A stretch of 57,325 bases of DNA. Origin: an uncultured Candidatus Saccharibacteria bacterium. GTDB lineage: Bacteria > Patescibacteriota > Saccharimonadia > Saccharimonadales > Saccharimonadaceae. Of this stretch, positions 1 through 9,832 are shown one piece after another. Location: NCBI GenBank assembly GCA_963547725.1, contig CAUUSE010000001.1, forward strand, positions 1 to 57,325, read 5' to 3'. The stretch's first letter is position 1; the number at the start of each line of letters is the position of its first letter. The notes under the pieces were generated by a model, which worked only from the letters and a program-made list of their open reading frames with translations, was not told where the DNA came from and searched no databases. The translations under genes were made by a program, and so were the position numbers.

Positions 1-1
1 C

Positions 2-694
2 ATCACTTACCAAGATGGCGAGGCAAAATCACCAATTGCTAAGTTCTTGAGCGACACAGAGCTCACGGCGATTCAGCAAAAAACTGGTGCGGTTGATGGT
101 GACGCCGTGTTCTTTGGCGCCGATACTCGCCTAGTCGTTAACGCCGTACTTGGTCGCTTGCGAAACGAATTTGCCGCCCATTTCAACCTGAAAGACCCGA
201 GCGTGGTGGCGTTTGCCTGGATCATCGATTTTCCATTCTATGAGTGGGATGATCACGGCAAGAAGCTTGATTTTGGACACAATCCATTTGGTATGCCAAA
301 GGGCGGGTTACAGGCGCTGGAGTCGGCGACGACCGATGCCGACAAACTGGCCATCGTAGCTGACCAGTTCGACATGGTGATGAACGGCTATGAAATTTGC
401 TCTGGTGGTGTGCGTAACCACAACCCAGCGGTGCTGTACAAAGTATTTGACCTGCTCGGCTTTAGCGAAAGCTACGTTGAGGAGAAATTTGGCGCCATGC
501 TCAGCGCCTTCAAGTACGGTGCGCCGCCACACGCTGGCTGTGCCTTTGGTGTGGATCGCATCCTTATGGAATTAATCGATGAAACTAATGTTCGCGAAAC
601 CTTGGCCTTTCCAAAGAACGGCTCCGGCGTTGATGTGATGATGGATTCGCCATCAATGGTTGATTCAGCACAATTGCGAGAATTAGGGCTGTAG
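2..694 (+). CDS. aspS: Aspartate--tRNA ligase, C-terminal part (5' end outside window)
   Basis: Frame open from base 2; FAWIIDFP, HNPF, DMVMNGYEICSGGVRNH, YGAPPHAGCAFGVDR (motif 3), ETLAFPK. Confidence 0.95.
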   Translation: MTYQDGEAKSPIAKFLSDTELTAIQQKTGAVDGDAVFFGADTRLVVNAVLGRLRNEFAAHFNLKDPSVVAFAWIIDFPFYEWDDHGKKLDFGHNPFGMPKGGLQALESATTDADKLAIVADQFDMVMNGYEICSGGVRNHNPAVLYKVFDLLGFSESYVEEKFGAMLSAFKYGAPPHAGCAFGVDRILMELIDETNVRETLAFPKNGSGVDVMMDSPSMVDSAQLRELGL

Positions 695-723
695 AATCTA
701 CTCAAAAGTAGCTAGCAGGGTGC

Positions 724-1092
724 TTAATTACGGCAATGTAGCTGGGGGCGTAGCTGTGTTATCTTACTTTTTAATATCGCTTCTATTGCATCAAGTTCAG
801 ACTTTTTCTTTCGTACCATCGCAATCTTTTTGCGCAATATATCGATAGCTGTATCCGGTGTAATCTGTCCGTCGTTCCATTCCTTGATGTATTGCTTAAT
901 CTCCATCAGTGTAAATCCCGCCGACTTGGCGAGGCGTATTTCCGTGAGGTATTCGAGCGCACTCTCGTCGTAGTCTGAATAACTGCGGCTTCCAGCGGGA
1001 CGTTGTGTTACCGGTAAAATACCGATTTTTGTATAGTAACGAATGGTGTCGATAGAAACACCAGATTTCTCGGAAAGTTGATGAATTAGCAT
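724..1092 (-). CDS. MerR-family transcriptional regulator
   Basis: MLIHQLSEKSGVSIDTIRYYTKIGIL..R...SYSDY; AKSAGFTLMEIK; C-terminal coiled coil. Confidence 0.92.
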   Translation of the reverse strand: MLIHQLSEKSGVSIDTIRYYTKIGILPVTQRPAGSRSYSDYDESALEYLTEIRLAKSAGFTLMEIKQYIKEWNDGQITPDTAIDILRKKIAMVRKKKSELDAIEAILKSKITQLRPQLHCRN

Positions 1093-1117
1093 GGTAAACC
1101 TCCCTCGTTATGGCCTA

Positions 1118-1149
1118 TTGACTATGGAGTATACTCCATAGATTATACT
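1118..1149 (+). promoter_or_regulatory. MerR-type promoter with palindromic operator
   Basis: TTGACT (1118-1123), 20-bp spacer, TATACT (1144-1149); perfect palindrome CTATGGAGTATACTCCATAG at 1122-1141. Confidence 0.85.
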
Positions 1150-1156
1150 ACTATTT

Positions 1157-1987
1157 ATGAGTAGAAAAAAGTATAATTCAAATCATAAAGTAGTGTTAAT
1201 TACTGGAGCGTCCAGCGGTATCGGAAGAGCGACCGCTGAGCTGCTTTTGCAGAAAGGTTACATAGTGTACGGACTTGCTCGAAACAGTGAGGCGCTTCAA
1301 AAAATTAAAGGCCTTCGGCTAATACCGGGTGATATGAAAGATGAAAAATCACTTGAGTCTGCGGCAAAAAAGATTTGTGATGAGCAGGGAAGAATAGATG
1401 TACTTATTAATAATGCCGGCTATGGATTACTGGGGGCGGTAGAGGATATTCCAATTGAACAGGCCCGCAGGCAGTTTGAGGTGAATGTATTCGGGCTGGC
1501 TAGACTGACGCAGCTTGTGCTGCCTAGTATGAGAGAGGCGGGCTCGGGCTTGATCATTAATATGTCATCGGTTGGAGGCAGAGTGTATTTTCCGCTCGGT
1601 GCCTGGTATCATGCTTCAAAGCACGCTATTGAGGGGTTTTCCGATAGCTTGCGGCTAGAGCTGCAGGAATACAACATCAAGCTTGTGGTAATTGAGCCTG
1701 GCTTGATCGCTACAAATTTCTACAAATTAGCTGAAGAGCCGCTTACTCGTTATTCGTCAAACGGTGCCTATAGCGGTATGGCAAAGGCAATATCGCACAA
1801 CCTATCTCAGTCATACAGGACTATGTCACCGCCTAGCGTGGTCGCGCACAAAGTGGCGACAATTATCGAGAGTAAGCACCCACGACGTCGGTATCTTGTT
1901 GGTAAATTAGCGAGAGTTCTCTTCTACACACGGTACCTCTTGGGCGACGGCGTCTTTGAACAAATAGCTAAAAAACAGACGAGGTAA
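1157..1987 (+). CDS. Short-chain dehydrogenase/reductase (SDR)
   Basis: TGASSGIG, NNAG, YHASK catalytic YxxxK, IEPG. Confidence 0.95.
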   Translation: MSRKKYNSNHKVVLITGASSGIGRATAELLLQKGYIVYGLARNSEALQKIKGLRLIPGDMKDEKSLESAAKKICDEQGRIDVLINNAGYGLLGAVEDIPIEQARRQFEVNVFGLARLTQLVLPSMREAGSGLIINMSSVGGRVYFPLGAWYHASKHAIEGFSDSLRLELQEYNIKLVVIEPGLIATNFYKLAEEPLTRYSSNGAYSGMAKAISHNLSQSYRTMSPPSVVAHKVATIIESKHPRRRYLVGKLARVLFYTRYLLGDGVFEQIAKKQTR

Positions 1988-2116
1988 GTGAAGTTACTTG
2001 CTCGCTGGGGTCTAGGTTTGATGTAGCGATATTGATGTACGTAGCATCTACACGACGATGGTTTTAGCTTATTGAGCAGGATAGTAATGCTGGCAAGATA
2101 GGGGCCTACAGGAAGG

Positions 2117-2656
2117 CTATAACCGAACACCCAGCCACGCTGCCAATATATCGCCGGCAAAGTACGCCAGTCCAGCGGCGACTGCGCCGAGGAGCAGGGT
2201 GATGATTGCTTCTCGCCATGGTGACTGCTTGCCAACTTTACCCTTGGTGAAGCCAATTGCTAGGAAGGTGACCGCCGTCAGTGCGGAGCTGACGTAAAAC
2301 AGAGTAGTGCCTGGTACTTTTGAGCTTGCAATGACGTCGACTAGGTAGGGCAATACCGGTACGCTACCGACTACGACGAAGGCTAAAAAGGTGACTGCAC
2401 CAATGATTTTGGGAGAGGCTCGTTTTTGGGTGTCGCGGGCCGACTCTTCATGTTCGGCGCTGGCTGCCAGGTAAGCACTAGCTCCCATCGAAAAACCATC
2501 GGCGATGAGGTTTGCAATGCCTAAAATGAGGATAACCGCGCTGGAAATACCGGCTCCGGCTGAAGCCGCCACTACGGCAAAGGTCGTGACTGTGCCGTCA
2601 ACTGCACCGTACACAAATTCTGAAATGTATCGTCTAAAAAATATTTTCATAGCCAT
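2117..2656 (-). CDS. VIT1/CCC1-family metal transporter
   Basis: VYGAVDGTVTTFAVV, GIANLIADGFSMG; several TM helices. Confidence 0.88.
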   Translation of the reverse strand: MAMKIFFRRYISEFVYGAVDGTVTTFAVVAASAGAGISSAVILILGIANLIADGFSMGASAYLAASAEHEESARDTQKRASPKIIGAVTFLAFVVVGSVPVLPYLVDVIASSKVPGTTLFYVSSALTAVTFLAIGFTKGKVGKQSPWREAIITLLLGAVAAGLAYFAGDILAAWLGVRL

Positions 2657-2692
2657 ACCAGTGTACCATACATGGTGCGATAAACAGAATAA

Positions 2693-3634
2693 TTATTCAA
2701 TATTGCGTACCTGGACATCCTGCCAGTCGCTATTATGGCGCAGCTCGGCGTTGGCACCAGCAAAGACCATCTTCGCCTTGGTATCATCTGCCAGTGTCCA
2801 TAGGAACCAGGCGGTCATATATGCATCACCGTATTCTAGCACATCTTTATGACCAACTGACTTACGCCGTGCAATAACTCCTGGCTTGCCCCCTTGTAAT
2901 GCATCAAAATTATGCTTCAAGTCATCGAGCGGACTGATGGCAATACTATCGCTAGCGCCAGTTCCTGCCATCATGAACACCGCTGTGTTAAGGCGTGAGA
3001 CATCGTATGTCCATCGATTGTTATTAGCAGTGCTGCGACTCACACCGCTAGCGGTGTAGAGCGAAGAATACTTATTGCTATTACTATACTTAGTAGCGGC
3101 ATTGATCGCTCCTGCGCCACCTTGCGAATGTCCAGCGATCCCAATTTTATTAGTGTTGATTAGACCACATATTGGACTGTCTTGGGTAGTGTTGTACCGC
3201 AGGGCAGCATCAAGCATAGCGGAGGTTGATGCACCAGTACCAGTCCAGCCATCCTCATTGCCGATTACGACGAAGCCCCAGCTGGCGAGGTGCTCGAGAA
3301 TTGGTGTGTAGGTGCTAGCTGGTGTTGCCGTGCCATTTACCACTACAATCAGTGGAAAAGTCTGGTTAGTATTCTGGCGCTCAGGGTAATAGAGACGATA
3401 GGCCTTAGAACCATCGGTATTATTTTGAATGTAGTGTGCTACTTTGTAGGGTCCGGTCTTGGTGTAATGTTGTTCGAGGTTGCCACTAGGGCTAAGCTTA
3501 TCAGCGTAGCCAGTCGCTACACCATCATCTCCGGTAATACTTTGATTGAGATATTGCATGACTAACAGTAGAATCCCAAGGCAGATAATAAGAATGATAG
3601 TGATAATTCCGAAAACCTTGAATATTTTTCTCAC
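2693..3634 (-). CDS. Membrane-anchored/secreted alpha/beta hydrolase (cutinase/chlorophyllase-like)
   Basis: N-terminal TM; HLASWGFVVI; nucleophile elbow GHSQGG; candidate Asp (ASD) and His (VGH). Confidence 0.8.
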   Translation of the reverse strand: MRKIFKVFGIITIILIICLGILLLVMQYLNQSITGDDGVATGYADKLSPSGNLEQHYTKTGPYKVAHYIQNNTDGSKAYRLYYPERQNTNQTFPLIVVVNGTATPASTYTPILEHLASWGFVVIGNEDGWTGTGASTSAMLDAALRYNTTQDSPICGLINTNKIGIAGHSQGGAGAINAATKYSNSNKYSSLYTASGVSRSTANNNRWTYDVSRLNTAVFMMAGTGASDSIAISPLDDLKHNFDALQGGKPGVIARRKSVGHKDVLEYGDAYMTAWFLWTLADDTKAKMVFAGANAELRHNSDWQDVQVRNIE

Positions 3635-3807
3635 AATTGCCCTTTCGCTAGGTAAATTATTATAAACAAGGCTTATTATACATCAAGTGTATAGTCACAG
3701 CAAACTAGCTATACACTTGGTGTATGTAAGGATAGCAATTCAATCAGGCTGTCGTTCGGACCGATTATGCAATGATAACTAGTTCGAAATTAGGTATACT
3801 GGGGAGA

Positions 3808-4575
3808 ATGAATGATAAAGACTCTCGCTTTCAGGCGCTGATCCACCAAAAAGGCCGCGAACTGTACCGGCCGATGCCGTGGCGTGATCAGCCGACCTTG
3901 TACTATGTGCTGGTGAGTGAGCTAATGCTGCAGCAAACCCAGGTCGCTCGCGTCTTGACGAAGTTCGGAGAGTTTACTGCGAAATTTCCAGATATTGAGT
4001 CACTGGCAGCGGCCGAGCTGACCGAGGTGCTCCGTGCGTGGCAGGGGCTGGGCTATAACCGCCGCGCTCGATACCTCCACCAAACAGCGCGGGCCATCGC
4101 TGGTGGTGCTCTGGTAACCACTCTCCATGACCTCGTTAAATTACCGGGTATTGGTATCAATACCGCTGGCGCCATCATGAACTATACTTACCAAGTGCCA
4201 ACGCCGTTCATCGAAACCAATATCCGCACGGTTTATCTCAATCATTTCTTTGCGGACCAGACAGCGGTAGCGGATCGCGACATACTGCCTATTGTCAAGC
4301 GGACGATGGACCAGGCAAATCCGCGCCGGTGGTTTTGGGCGCTGATGGATTATGGTAGTGAGCTCAAATCTCAGGGTAAGGGTAAATTGTCGGCCAGTCG
4401 TCACCACACTAAACAATCGCAGTTTGCCGGCAGCCTCCGCCAGATGCGCGGTGAGATTCTGCGTCGGTATGTCGGCGGTCAGTCACTGACTAAAATTACC
4501 ACTGAGCTACAGGACGATGAGCGGTTTATACCAGCGCTGGATAGTCTGCGCCGGGATGGTCTCATCACCGAATAG
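3808..4575 (+). CDS. mutY: A/G-specific adenine glycosylase (HhH-GPD), without Fe-S cysteines
   Basis: MPWR, LVSELMLQQTQV, WQGLGYNRRA, LPGIGINTAGAI, ETNIR. Confidence 0.85.
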   Translation: MNDKDSRFQALIHQKGRELYRPMPWRDQPTLYYVLVSELMLQQTQVARVLTKFGEFTAKFPDIESLAAAELTEVLRAWQGLGYNRRARYLHQTARAIAGGALVTTLHDLVKLPGIGINTAGAIMNYTYQVPTPFIETNIRTVYLNHFFADQTAVADRDILPIVKRTMDQANPRRWFWALMDYGSELKSQGKGKLSASRHHTKQSQFAGSLRQMRGEILRRYVGGQSLTKITTELQDDERFIPALDSLRRDGLITE

Positions 4576-4671
4576 CCAGTGGCTAGATACTGCACTATTG
4601 ACATTTCAAACTGCCTATGCTATCATAGCAACAGTCAATACGACAAACATAAACAGTAACAAAGGAAAGGT

Positions 4672-4893
4672 ATGGAAGATATGCAAACAGTTATTATACT
4701 GATGACCGTAGTGATTATTATTCACTCGGTGACGATTGTCGTCTTGTTCGGTGTAATAATTTCACTATTGACGAAGCTCAAGCGCCTCGTTAACCAGGCT
4801 GAAGCGGCGGTGTCTAATATCGCGCAAGCAACTGAGTGGCTGTCTCCAGTAAAATTATTTACTGAAGTTGTGCAACTCTTTCGCAAAAAATGA
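4672..4893 (+). CDS. Small membrane protein (YtxG-like)
   Basis: Strong RBS AAAGGAAAGG; TM helix plus helical tail; directly upstream of YtxH-like gene. Confidence 0.6.
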   Translation: MEDMQTVIILMTVVIIIHSVTIVVLFGVIISLLTKLKRLVNQAEAAVSNIAQATEWLSPVKLFTEVVQLFRKK

Positions 4894-4941
4894 TCATCTG
4901 CTCCATATATCAATTTAATAGAAACAAACAAGGAGATATAT

Positions 4942-5217
4942 ATGAAAAAAGTATTAACAGTTCTCGGCGCCGCAGCGGCTGGTTTCGCGGCTGGTATTTT
5001 GACCGCGCCAAAAAGTGGTAAAGAAACTCGCGCTGACATCAAGAAAAAAGCTGGTGAGCTAAAAACTGCCACTGTCAAAACTGCCAAAAAAGCCCAAGCC
5101 GCCGCCAAAGACAGCACTGAGGCAGTCAAGGCTGGTGCCCAAAAAGTTGGTGATGTCGTCGCTGGAACTGCTCGTACGGTTAAGGCTGATACCGAGAAGC
5201 ATTTCAAGAAATCATAG
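4942..5217 (+). CDS. YtxH domain protein
   Basis: GAAAAGFAAGILTAPKSGKETRADIK signature; RBS AAGGAG. Confidence 0.88.
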   Translation: MKKVLTVLGAAAAGFAAGILTAPKSGKETRADIKKKAGELKTATVKTAKKAQAAAKDSTEAVKAGAQKVGDVVAGTARTVKADTEKHFKKS

Positions 5218-5260
5218 TGGCAGTTTGACCTAAACGCAAAAACGCGAGATAATAAAAAAG

Positions 5261-5803
5261 ATGAAACATCTTCGTAGTCTCGCGTTTTTTGTGTGCGGCA
5301 TTGGCCTGGCTGGCGTAATGATACGGTCGGGTATTGCCGTGGCACAGACTTCACCAAGTTCGCCACCACTCCATCTGATCCGCAGTCAGTGCCAGTCCAT
5401 TCGTTCGACATTGCAGCGGATTCAGCATAACGACGCCTTGCTGCGGGTTAACGCCGGCCAAGCATACAACACAATCTCGACTAATCTCATCGCCAAATTA
5501 AATAGCCGTTTGGCATTGGCGCAGATTGACAGCTCGCGAATGGTGGTGATCGCTCGCGACTATGAAGAGGCGCGCAAGGCGTTTGCTCAGCAATACAATG
5601 AGTATGAATCCAATTTGGCGGCACTAGTCAGGACGGATTGTGGTGACAAGCCGGGCGAGTTTTATGCGCAGCTGATCAAGACGCGCGACGCACGTCGGCA
5701 GGTCAGCGAATCGGTGACGACGATGAGTAAACTGGCGGCGGATTACCGCGTGGCGGTGGAGCAGCTCAAGGTGAAACTATCAAGCGGAGGTAGTCGTGGA
5801 TAA
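5261..5803 (+). CDS. Hypothetical secreted helical protein
   Basis: Signal-peptide-like N-terminus; overlaps next ORF. Confidence 0.65.
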   Translation: MKHLRSLAFFVCGIGLAGVMIRSGIAVAQTSPSSPPLHLIRSQCQSIRSTLQRIQHNDALLRVNAGQAYNTISTNLIAKLNSRLALAQIDSSRMVVIARDYEEARKAFAQQYNEYESNLAALVRTDCGDKPGEFYAQLIKTRDARRQVSESVTTMSKLAADYRVAVEQLKVKLSSGGSRG

Positions 5804-6212
5804 GCTCAAGCAACTCAGTCGCCGGTTGGTCGAGCTGACTATGCAACATAAATTACCGACGATGGTAATTAGCGTAATTGTGGTGTCGATCGTGCTCGTT
5901 GGTATCTCGATGCACTTATACTATTCGTCAGATGCTTTCAGAGTGGATTTAAGCCGACCGGATTATGTACCGTATCGGGCGCAGATTGATAACTCCAACG
6001 ATCGTAATCGGGATATGTTTGAGGCGCAGGGCGAGGTGACAGGTAGGGTATTGAATGATTTCCTGCAAAAATACAAACAAGAAGAAAAAAAGGCCGACGG
6101 TGCGCGGGCATTTGCTAGCAATGTGTTGAGTGATGATCAGCTGGGTGTCAATGGTGGCGGCAATGGCGCCGACGGCGCGACAACACAAGGTCAGGACGGC
6201 TCGTTAGAGTAA
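5796..6212 (+). CDS. Hypothetical single-pass membrane protein
   Basis: RBS GGAGG; TM helix followed by DLSRPDY. Confidence 0.65.
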   Translation: MDKLKQLSRRLVELTMQHKLPTMVISVIVVSIVLVGISMHLYYSSDAFRVDLSRPDYVPYRAQIDNSNDRNRDMFEAQGEVTGRVLNDFLQKYKQEEKKADGARAFASNVLSDDQLGVNGGGNGADGATTQGQDGSLE

Positions 6213-6286
6213 TTCTTATTGCTAGCGGGAGGTTGGTCACATCACCTTATCATAGTTTTGTGGTTCGTTAATGGCTCGGTTCGCGA

Positions 6287-7189
6287 TTAATTTTTATGCG
6301 TTATCGCTGTTGGGATGACAGCTAGCTCAATCTCTTGTTTTTCAAATTCTTTGAGGAGCCGGCGGCGCATCTCTGAGGTAACCGCCCATTGATCTGATGG
6401 CTGAACTTTTCCAGCAACGATCAATTCGACCGAGCGGCCGGTGATATCGCCGACGGAGACAAATTTTGGCGGCTCAATGATTTTCTTGTCCCAAGATTTT
6501 TCCTTGCTGAGTTGTTGGCCGGTCTCGTTAATGATGTCGGCCGCGCGGCTAATATCGCTGCTTGGATCAAGCTGCAAGGTAAAGCGCGACATACTATATC
6601 CCATTGTTTTGTTGATGACATGCTGGATGGTGCCGTTTGGTAGGTAGTGTACATTACCATCAGCATCGCGGAGTACCGTTGATCGGGTGCCGACGCGTTC
6701 GACAGTACCGCTCGCTCCCATGACGTCAACCACGTCGCCGACTCGATATTGATTTTCAGCGATGATAAAAATGCCAGCCAGAAAATCTTTGACAAGTGAC
6801 TGCGCACCGAATCCGAGCGCTACGCCAATGATGCCGGCGCTGGCAAATAGTGGCGATAAGTCAAAGTAGAATAACTTGCTGGCGACCATAGCGGCGATAT
6901 AGGCAATGATAGTAATGCGCCAAAAACTACGAATCAGCTGCGTCAGCGTATTTTCGCGCTTTTCGATATCTTTGCGGTGCCATGAGCGGTGCTTGGCGGT
7001 GGAGTGGATCGCGTAGCGAATTGCCCAAGTAATGAAGATGCGGCCAAGATAATAAACGATAACCGCGCCGATGACGACACTGACCGTTTCAACCATCCGC
7101 TCGCTTACCAGCCAGCCTAGCCCATGCTCGGTCATCCATTCGTCAACGCGCGACGAATTTAACAGTTGTTTGATAAGCGTATCCGTCAT
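6287..7189 (-). CDS. mscS: Small-conductance mechanosensitive channel
   Basis: ASAGIIGVALGFGAQSLVKDFLAGIFII, YRVGDVV, GTVERVGTRST, LPNG. Confidence 0.93.
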   Translation of the reverse strand: MTDTLIKQLLNSSRVDEWMTEHGLGWLVSERMVETVSVVIGAVIVYYLGRIFITWAIRYAIHSTAKHRSWHRKDIEKRENTLTQLIRSFWRITIIAYIAAMVASKLFYFDLSPLFASAGIIGVALGFGAQSLVKDFLAGIFIIAENQYRVGDVVDVMGASGTVERVGTRSTVLRDADGNVHYLPNGTIQHVINKTMGYSMSRFTLQLDPSSDISRAADIINETGQQLSKEKSWDKKIIEPPKFVSVGDITGRSVELIVAGKVQPSDQWAVTSEMRRRLLKEFEKQEIELAVIPTAITHKN

Positions 7190-7210
7190 GAGTTTAGTAT
7201 AATCAAAAGT

Positions 7211-7870
7211 ATGAGTTTTGTCGATCCAAATCAATTCGTCATTACCCGGCGGCGCAAGAAATATAAATTCGCACTATTTAACAATTCGCCACTTTGTTTT
7301 GAGTATGATGAGTGGAGGTCGCGGCCGATTGATGTACTGGAGATTGGTGCGGGAACGGGGCTGTTTAGCGTCGAGTTGGCGGCGCGACATCCCGAGCAGC
7401 AGTTTCTGGCGGTCGATGTCAAGGCCGATCGATTGCAGAAAGGGGCGCGCGTGGCCGAGCGGCGTGGCCTCACGAACATCTGGTTTGTGCGGGCGCGAGC
7501 AGACCAGCTGGGTGAGTTATGTGAGGCTGGATCACTCAGTCAGTTGTGGGTCACTTTCCCCGATCCGTTTCCACGCCAGCGCTCCAGCGGCAGGCGTTTG
7601 ACGCACCCGCATTTTTTAACGCAGTACGCAAAGTTGCTTGCTGAAGGCGGCGAGCTACTACTCAAGCATGATGATCATGGCTTTTTCTGCTGGAGCTTGG
7701 AGCAGCTGGTGGTGGCTGGCTGGCAGCTCCGGGAGCTAACGTTTGACCTGCACGAGTCGGAGCAACTTAATGAAGAGAGCGATGCCCGAATCATGACAAC
7801 CTACGAACAGCGCTGGGTTGGTGAAGGGAAGGTGATTGGGTTTGTGCGAGCAGTCGGACCATCGGGTTAA
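7211..7870 (+). CDS. trmB: tRNA (guanine-N7)-methyltransferase
   Basis: LEIGAGTG, VTFPDPFP, RRLTHP, MTTYEQRW. Confidence 0.92.
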   Translation: MSFVDPNQFVITRRRKKYKFALFNNSPLCFEYDEWRSRPIDVLEIGAGTGLFSVELAARHPEQQFLAVDVKADRLQKGARVAERRGLTNIWFVRARADQLGELCEAGSLSQLWVTFPDPFPRQRSSGRRLTHPHFLTQYAKLLAEGGELLLKHDDHGFFCWSLEQLVVAGWQLRELTFDLHESEQLNEESDARIMTTYEQRWVGEGKVIGFVRAVGPSG

Positions 7871-7897
7871 CGAAGGCTAAAGTGATCCCTAATCCCC

Positions 7898-9049
7898 TCA
7901 GACATTGGTCGGTTGCTGTTGAGCACGATATGCTGGTTCAGCTTCATCCAATAAATAGAGTAGATTTTCCGAGGGCTTGCAGAATTGTGGACGTTCATCA
8001 AGGTCACGCAGGATACGCCGACCGATACAGGTGGCAAGTGGGGTTGGTATCTCATAGACAACACTGTTGTCGGTGATAATGTTGGGCGACTTGGCGTAGA
8101 TGCCCTCAATGATAATTACTTCTGCTGGGCTAACCGTACCCTGTACATAAGGCTCTGCGGCTTGCCAATTCATGCGGCGATGGTGTATCTCTTTGCCGCT
8201 CATGAGGTGTTGCAGGTCAACGGCCATTGCCTTTGTATCGTATACGAATGGGTCATCCCAATGCTGCCACTCCTGACGGTTGTTGTGATAATAGAGGTAT
8301 GTTGCGCCGCGGTGGTAGTCATCGGTCGACATAGTAATTGAATTAATGTTTAGCTCCTCCAGCCGCTCCCGGAGCTTTTTGACGATGGTTGATTTGCCAG
8401 AGCCACTACGGCCAGCGATATGGATGACGCGCGGAGAGTCTGTGGCAGAAGTGAGAATGTCAGAAACAATATCATTGATATTAAGCTCCGGCTGAATTGG
8501 CAGTGCCTCCTGGCCTTCGTGCTCCCGCCGGAAGTTGTAGTGCGCCTGCCACTCGCTGGTGGCCGTTGCTCCACCGGTTACTTCCATGAATGTATTACCA
8601 AACTGGTCAATGAATTGTTGTAATGATCCATCATCTTCTAACTCAGCCTGTACAAGCCCGTCATTTTCGAAAAAATCAATGACGACACCCGGCAGCGGTT
8701 TGGCGCGTAGTTTGCGGATAATCGGCGTTTCGTCATTACGGTAGTATTCATATAGCTCGGGACTAATGTCAGTCGTTACCTCTAGACGACGCAAGCCATC
8801 ATCGCTCTGGATGCCGTTATCTTTGAGAGTTGCTTCGTAATGCAGCTCGCCGGTATCACGATTTAAGGTTGAGCGGAGGCGCAGGCTGAATGGTTCGTCA
8901 GGATGTGACAAATAAAACTGTTCAATCGGCTCAGCTTCTTTGCGAAGTTCGGTAAGTTTTTCTGGGAAGATAGCCATGAATTTGCGCTCAGTTTCCACTG
9001 GCAATCTCCCTTCAAATTCGGGTGTATGGATGAGTGATTCGATTGACAT
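7898..9049 (-). CDS. CYTH-like domain fused to uridine-kinase-like P-loop domain
   Basis: N-terminal ETERKF (ExExK), LRLR, ATLK, RLEV; C-terminal IAGRSGSGKST, STDDYH, IIEGIY, RRILRD. Confidence 0.78.
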   Translation of the reverse strand: MSIESLIHTPEFEGRLPVETERKFMAIFPEKLTELRKEAEPIEQFYLSHPDEPFSLRLRSTLNRDTGELHYEATLKDNGIQSDDGLRRLEVTTDISPELYEYYRNDETPIIRKLRAKPLPGVVIDFFENDGLVQAELEDDGSLQQFIDQFGNTFMEVTGGATATSEWQAHYNFRREHEGQEALPIQPELNINDIVSDILTSATDSPRVIHIAGRSGSGKSTIVKKLRERLEELNINSITMSTDDYHRGATYLYYHNNRQEWQHWDDPFVYDTKAMAVDLQHLMSGKEIHHRRMNWQAAEPYVQGTVSPAEVIIIEGIYAKSPNIITDNSVVYEIPTPLATCIGRRILRDLDERPQFCKPSENLLYLLDEAEPAYRAQQQPTNV

Positions 9050-9138
9050 AGATGTCGCTCCTTTGGTATGAGTTGATGACACTAGTGATTGTAGTGTAGA
9101 ATTATTCGTATGAATAGCAAGTATAATTTGACTCAACT

Positions 9139-9813
9139 ATGATTGACCAATTTATCCCCGAACATCACATTCAAAAGCATATCCTTGGCGTGTTAATGCA
9201 TATGAAATATGCGCGATTTCGGGATATGCGGCCGCCAAAAGTCGATACTAATCTCTATACCTACCACTTAAATCTATTAAAGAAGCGGGGATTTGTCATC
9301 AAGACGGATGATGGATACCGCCTGGGGCGGGAGGGTCTGTCGTACGTCGATAGAGTGAGTATTAAATCGCTCAAAATTCGTACCCAGCCAAAAATTATTA
9401 CTATGATTGTCGTCCAAAATGCCAATGGCGATGTGTTGCTCCAGCGGCGCACCAAGCAGCCACATATCGACACCTGGACGCTACCATATGGCAAGTTGCA
9501 CATTGATGATGAGTCGGTCTTGGCCGCCGCTCAGCGGGAGGCGCGCGAGAAATTGGCGGTGGACAAGCTGCCGCTGACACACGCGGGTGATTGCTATATT
9601 CGTGTCCTTGTGGGGAAGGAAATATTATCATCAACGTTGGCGCACGTGTTTTATGGTGAGACTGATGAAGTCGTGGTGGGTGAAGAACTCGTGTGGGCTC
9701 GTCCGCATCGATTGGCGGATTATGACTTAGCACCAGCGGTTGAACAAATCGTGGCGCGGACGTTCTTTCACGACCCGTTCTTTTTTGAGGAATTTGTGGC
9801 AGAATTAAAGTAA
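9139..9813 (+). CDS. wHTH-NUDIX fusion protein (probable regulator)
   Basis: N-terminal ArsR-like wHTH (NLYTYHLNLLKKRGFVIK); Nudix box WTLPYGK..ESVLAAAQREAREK. Confidence 0.78.
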   Translation: MIDQFIPEHHIQKHILGVLMHMKYARFRDMRPPKVDTNLYTYHLNLLKKRGFVIKTDDGYRLGREGLSYVDRVSIKSLKIRTQPKIITMIVVQNANGDVLLQRRTKQPHIDTWTLPYGKLHIDDESVLAAAQREAREKLAVDKLPLTHAGDCYIRVLVGKEILSSTLAHVFYGETDEVVVGEELVWARPHRLADYDLAPAVEQIVARTFFHDPFFFEEFVAELK

Positions 9814-9832
9814 GTAATTGAAAGGAGAAACT

